Assembly: GCA_013239625.1 (NCBI GenBank)
Contig: MU053376.1
Coordinates: 272,833 to 336,832, forward strand
Reading direction: 5' to 3'
DNA: 64,000 bases
Source: Lama guanicoe
Taxonomy: Eukaryota
Translations under genes and position numbers: made by a program
The notes under the pieces: generated by a model
The model's input: the letters and a program-made list of their open reading frames with translations, nothing else
The model's database searches: none
What the model was told of the DNA's origin: nothing
Part shown: positions 60,092-64,000 of the stretch, piece after piece
How positions within the stretch are numbered: position 1 is the first letter of the stretch
How the letters are laid out: every line of letters begins with the position of its first letter

Positions 60092-62892
60092 CTGTGAGGA
60101 AGCAGAATCACAAAATCACCCTCTCTTCCATAAGCCAGATCTGCACTCAGGAGGGATGGGGGCCAGAAGAACCAGGAAAATACACAGATAAGCCAACAGT
60201 GTTCGAACCAACAATTTCATCCTTTTCCGCCCACTATTCTTATCAGTCTGTGTTTCCAGCAAATAATGAGAGAGACGGCAGTGGATGGAACTCCCCCATC
60301 AATGAGCAGTGACGTGAACAAATGAATCATTGCCTCGCTCATTCATTCAACAAACTTTCACTGAGCGCCTGTGCCAGCCCCCAGGGATGCAGCAGTGAAC
60401 ACACAGATGGTTGTCCCGGAGGGGGTCCTTAGGATCATCCCTCCTTCTATCACAGAAGCAGCAGATGGAGCCAAGAGTGGGCCACTCGGCCCAGACCTCA
60501 CAGATAATTAGCACCCAAGATCAGACCGGGACTCAAGTCTTCAAAGCTCAGGCCAGTGTTATTACTTCCAGATTCTGCTCCTTCTGGACAAGACACTGAG
60601 GACCTGGAAAATCAGTCCCAGAAAAAAATGGAGAGTTTTTTTTTTAATTTAATAGCACCTCTGAAAAAAATTATCCATGAAAATGCTCGGAATGGAGAAT
60701 CGCTGACTCGCAGAAGGAGAGAGGACTGAATGGCTGAAGAAGCTGACCTTGGCTGAGAGGAGCCCAGGCAGCCCTCCAGGGGGGCGCAGCCCCTGCTGGA
60801 CAGCTCCAGAGAGACACCGCGTCTCCGTCTCCAACGAGCACTCTGTTAGCCTCTGTCTCTGCCCACCCTCCCAGAACAGCCACCTTGGCAGTGTTCCGCC
60901 TCCCTGGCAAACAGGATGCCTCCAACCCAAGGCAGAATAGGAGGAGTCTTCTGGGAAACCAGAGCAAATGCACTGTCAGAGGTGGGGACAGGCAGGGCAC
61001 TGGCAGAGATCATTCCTTTGCAGGTGCAAGAGTCCTGCGGCAGGTGCATTCGAAAACAGGTGCAGATTCCCTCAACAGACAATCACTTCCACTTTTCTGG
61101 TCAGTTCAAACACCTGCCTCGTGGATGCGGTTTTATAAAATACAGCTATTCACCGCTGGTCTGAGTCTCTCCCGCCATATTATCAGCTGCCTTAGGGTAC
61201 AAGCTGCTGGAGAGTAGAGCCTGGATTCTACAGAGCGATGGGCCCAGTTTTTGTTCATTCATTTTACTCATTCCTATGTGTCAAGGGTCTATATTTCCAC
61301 GGTTGCTGCTTCAGTGCAGCGGGGCAGCCAGCTGGCCCGCCTCCCCTCTCAGGACCTGGTCCACAGAAACAGTAACACCAGCTGCCACCTGGTGAGAGCA
61401 TCCTTCCGCTCAGCTGTGCAGTTTTACCACTGCTAACATATCTAACCTGCACAGCAACATTATGTAATAGGCATCACCCCAAACGTTTTTACAGATGAGG
61501 AAACGGAGGCCCAGAGAAGGTAATCAACTCGCTTAAGGTCACACAGGAAGTGTCTGGGCCAGGATGTGAGTCTGGTCTGCTGCCTCCAAAGCTCACATTC
61601 TCTCCTCTGTGCTGCCCCATAAATGCTACTTGTTCCCCTCTGTCCCTGTGGGAGGATGTGCCCATTCAGAAGGGCGTGGGTTGGCAGTCTCCCCAAGACG
61701 AGGGATCCCCATTGGGTCAGAATCATAAATAATCCTGCCACTGTGATGTGCCTGGGAAAGAGGCCAGCGTGGATTATGTCCCCTGCCTTTTCCAGCAACT
61801 TCCCTCCACACTGCCCTCTCTGCCCGGGCAACACCAAGAGTGCTTATATTCCCGTCCAGGCGGAGTGCCCGCTAAGGCAGCTGCCCTTCCAGCAGGCTCC
61901 GGGGGCATCTTAACCCCTTCCCAGCCTTGGACGACCAGTTGGCTGCAGCCAAAAATGAAAGAATTGGCCCATGGTCTTTCATTCCTCCTCCAGTCTTACC
62001 TACAGTCACGGTGAGATGGACAGACTCAAACTGCCAGCAGCCGAAACACGGAAGATGGCAGCACCAACCCAGCAGAAGCAGCCCTCAGCCTTGGGGTCAG
62101 GAGGCTTCGCTTCAAGTCGAAAATACAGGAGGGACAGTAACCATAGCGTTCACCTCCACTAACCGTGACTGTCTCGCGTGATCTTTGCTACAACCTGTTG
62201 ACGTTCATAATCCAATCCCTGTTCCACCGACGAGATGCTAAATCCCAGAAGGATGAAACCGCTTGCTCAAGACCACACTAATAGAAAGTCAAGCCAAGAT
62301 GTGAGCTCCAGTCTCTCTGCGTCTAGAACTTATGCATTGCGCCCCAGTGCTGCTCTGCTTACTGGCTGCGTGGCCTTGAGCCAGGCACCTCCTCTCTGCT
62401 CTCCAACTTCCCTGCCTTTAAAATGGAGGAGCTGGACGCCATGATTCCCGAAGTCCCTCCCACAGTGATCGCAGCCCCGAATCTAAAAGAAAGAAGGCGA
62501 GTCAACACCTCGACCCAGTGTGTCCAGCAGGGTCGCTGTGCCCCACAAGTGACCAGGACCCGGTGTGGTGGGGTGAAGGGCTGGAAGGCCAGCGGGGCTG
62601 GGAGGGTTGGTGCCAGCACTGTCGTTCACACCCCGCCTCACTGGTCTATGTAGCATCCTGACTGAAGAGGATGATGGCTTGTTCACGTGAAGTTCCCCAG
62701 GCCTTCGGACCCTCAGTGTCTGTCTCCACCTCTTCAATTTAGAATGAAATCATCTTTGCCCAGATGTGGCCCCTCTTTCCCACTGAGCCTGGGAGGTCCC
62801 TGAAGGCTAGTCATGGAGTGTCCTCCATAGCAGGTGATCACTGCTGGCCAGGTGCTCTTTTCTTTCATGTTCCCCGCAGTGTGAAGAAGCTC

Positions 62893-63070
62893 CTACTAGT
62901 CATGTGGGGCTATTTAAATTTTAACTTAATTTAATTTAAGTAAAAAGTTCAACTCCCAGGTCATACTGATCACATTTCAATCACTCAGCAGCCACACGTG
63001 GCCATTGGCGAATGTGCTGAGCATCACAGAGAGGGTGCTCCCATCATGGCACGAAGTTCTGTGGCACAGC
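62893..63070. mobile_element. MER3/MER33-like hAT-Charlie element
   Basis: actagtcatgtggggctatttaaatttt..tcatactgatcacatttcaa..ctcagcagccacacgtggcc. Confidence 0.65.
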
Positions 63071-63389
63071 CCGGGGGGCTGGGGCTCCGCCCCGCCCAGG
63101 AGCTCTCAACACAGAGGGGATTTTCTGACTGGGAGCGGAGTGAGATCTTTGTCCTCAAGGGTCAGCCCCAGACACTAATCATAGAGCTGGAAGCTTGAAA
63201 AGACCTCGAGGCAAGCATCAACCCTCCTGCAACCCCCCTCCCCAGACGGTGGTCCAAATGCTCAGCTGAATCCATCCACGGAGAAAGGAAAAAGTCAGAA
63301 GAAAGAAAGTCAGGGCAGGGGGTTCCTACAGCCACCTCAAGCCATGGCCTCCCCCTGGATTGCAAAGGAGGGATAGACAAGACCCTTAC

Positions 63390-63466
63390 CCGGGCTGGAG
63401 GAGTGTCCACTCTGGATGGGTGATTCCGTACCGGGGTGCACCCAGCTGGTCGACTTCTCCTCATCA
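63390..63466 (-). CDS. PLEKHA6: PLEKHA6 WW-isoform coding exon (77 nt, phase 2 to phase 1): end of WW1 plus linker, [N]DEEKSTSWVHPGTESPIQSGHSSSP[G]
   Basis: Minus strand: acceptor ttctttttggtcttctgtag|TGATGAG, donor AGCCCGG|gtaagg. 1 nt + 25 codons + 1 nt. The TSWVHP motif matches the WW terminal TxWxHP. Similar to recalled PLEKHA5 (EEAKSTTWLHPVTGE) and PLEKHA7 (TTWLHPRTGEPVNSGH). Confidence 0.93.
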
Positions 63467-63494
63467 CTACAGAAGACCAAAAAGAACACGTCAG

Positions 63495-63642
63495 GGCGAG
63501 GGTATCGCTCAGAGATGGAGCTTTTGCTTAGCATGCACGGGGTCCTGCCTTCAATCCCCAGCACCTCCACTAAGAACACTTTTTAAAAATAAATAAATAA
63601 ATGAATAAACCTAATTACCTCCCACCAAAAGCAACAACAACA
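63495..63642 (+). mobile_element. Vic-1-type SINE inserted 28 nt upstream of the WW exon on the transcript
   Basis: TSD aaaaagaacacgtcag (63479-63494) / aaaaagaacgtgtcag (63643-63658). Confidence 0.92.
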
Positions 63643-64000
63643 AAAAAGAACGTGTCAGATGCAAGAGGGGCTTCTGAGCAGGACACCCATCTCCACATTC
63701 ACGTCAATACTGCCTGTCTGATCCCAGACACCTGGCGTGAGGGCACCCCAGCTGCCTTCATTCATTCACACTCACTGAGCATTCACTGAGCAGACTCTGA
63801 GGATTCAGACATGAATAATCTTGGACTCCTGACCTCGAAGAAGTTACTACCCACTAAGGAAACAGACATGCAAAAAGATCTCTGGAATTTGACGTGATAG
63901 GTACTCTAATCCCTACCACAGCCAGGCAGAGGGAGCATGACACCATCAGAGAAGAGAGCTCCCTGGATGAAGTTCGGGGAGGGGGACAGCCAGGAAGGCT

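Larger units (their letters stand above)
1..64000 (-). other. PLEKHA6: Partial PLEKHA6 locus (5' region): two WW-coding exons, an internal non-coding first exon and a >60 kb intron. The first WW exon and all downstream exons appear to lie outside the window.
   Basis: Two in-frame WW-coding exons with canonical splice sites and sizes/phases like those I recall for PLEKHA5/7 exons 2-3. The exon at 52298-52510 resembles the recalled 5' UTR of human PLEKHA6. Young retroelements are strongly biased to the + strand (antisense). Confidence 0.88.

Noticed and set aside
60771..60790. CTCF-like cctccaggggggcgc
   Set aside because: One extra G breaks the motif spacing.
4217..63642. tRNA-like A/B boxes in 13 places
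   Set aside because: They have A-rich tails, TSDs and divergent bodies, so they are SINEs and not tRNA genes.

Overview
Mammalian genomic DNA, most likely a camelid (Camelus/Vicugna/Lama), judging by 13 copies of a tRNA-derived Vic-1-type SINE and camelid/artiodactyl-type L1 3' ends. The window lies inside the 5' part of PLEKHA6 on the minus strand. Two small coding exons (63390-63466, 77 nt; 60034-60091, 58 nt) have canonical splice sites and splice in frame to [N]DEEKSTSWVHPGTESPIQSGHSSSPGLPKGWEMDSTQEGAVYFI[N/K]. That is the end of WW1, the linker and most of WW2 of the WW-PLEKHA family (PLEKHA5/6/7). Everything left of 60034 appears to be one very large intron that splits WW2. It holds a GC-rich non-coding first exon (about 52298-52510) that I recognise from memory as matching the 5' end of the WW-less human PLEKHA6 mRNA, plus several candidate alternative first exons. 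The best candidate is a phase-compatible mini-exon encoding MGCFSVFPSLLFKKNSQKP (37124-37182), a possible lipid-anchor N-terminus. Structural oddities include a near-perfect 138/136-bp inverted repeat around a 1.5-kb spacer just upstream of the internal promoter, an older ~155-bp direct duplication, a SINE inserted next to the branch point of a WW exon, a SINE+L1 composite within one TSD pair, a MER41-like solo LTR with a GAS motif, and tandem RFX X-boxes. The rest is repeat-rich intron (MIR, L2, L3, L1M, hAT-Charlie, MLT1). Gene and repeat family names are by recognition only; no database search was run.
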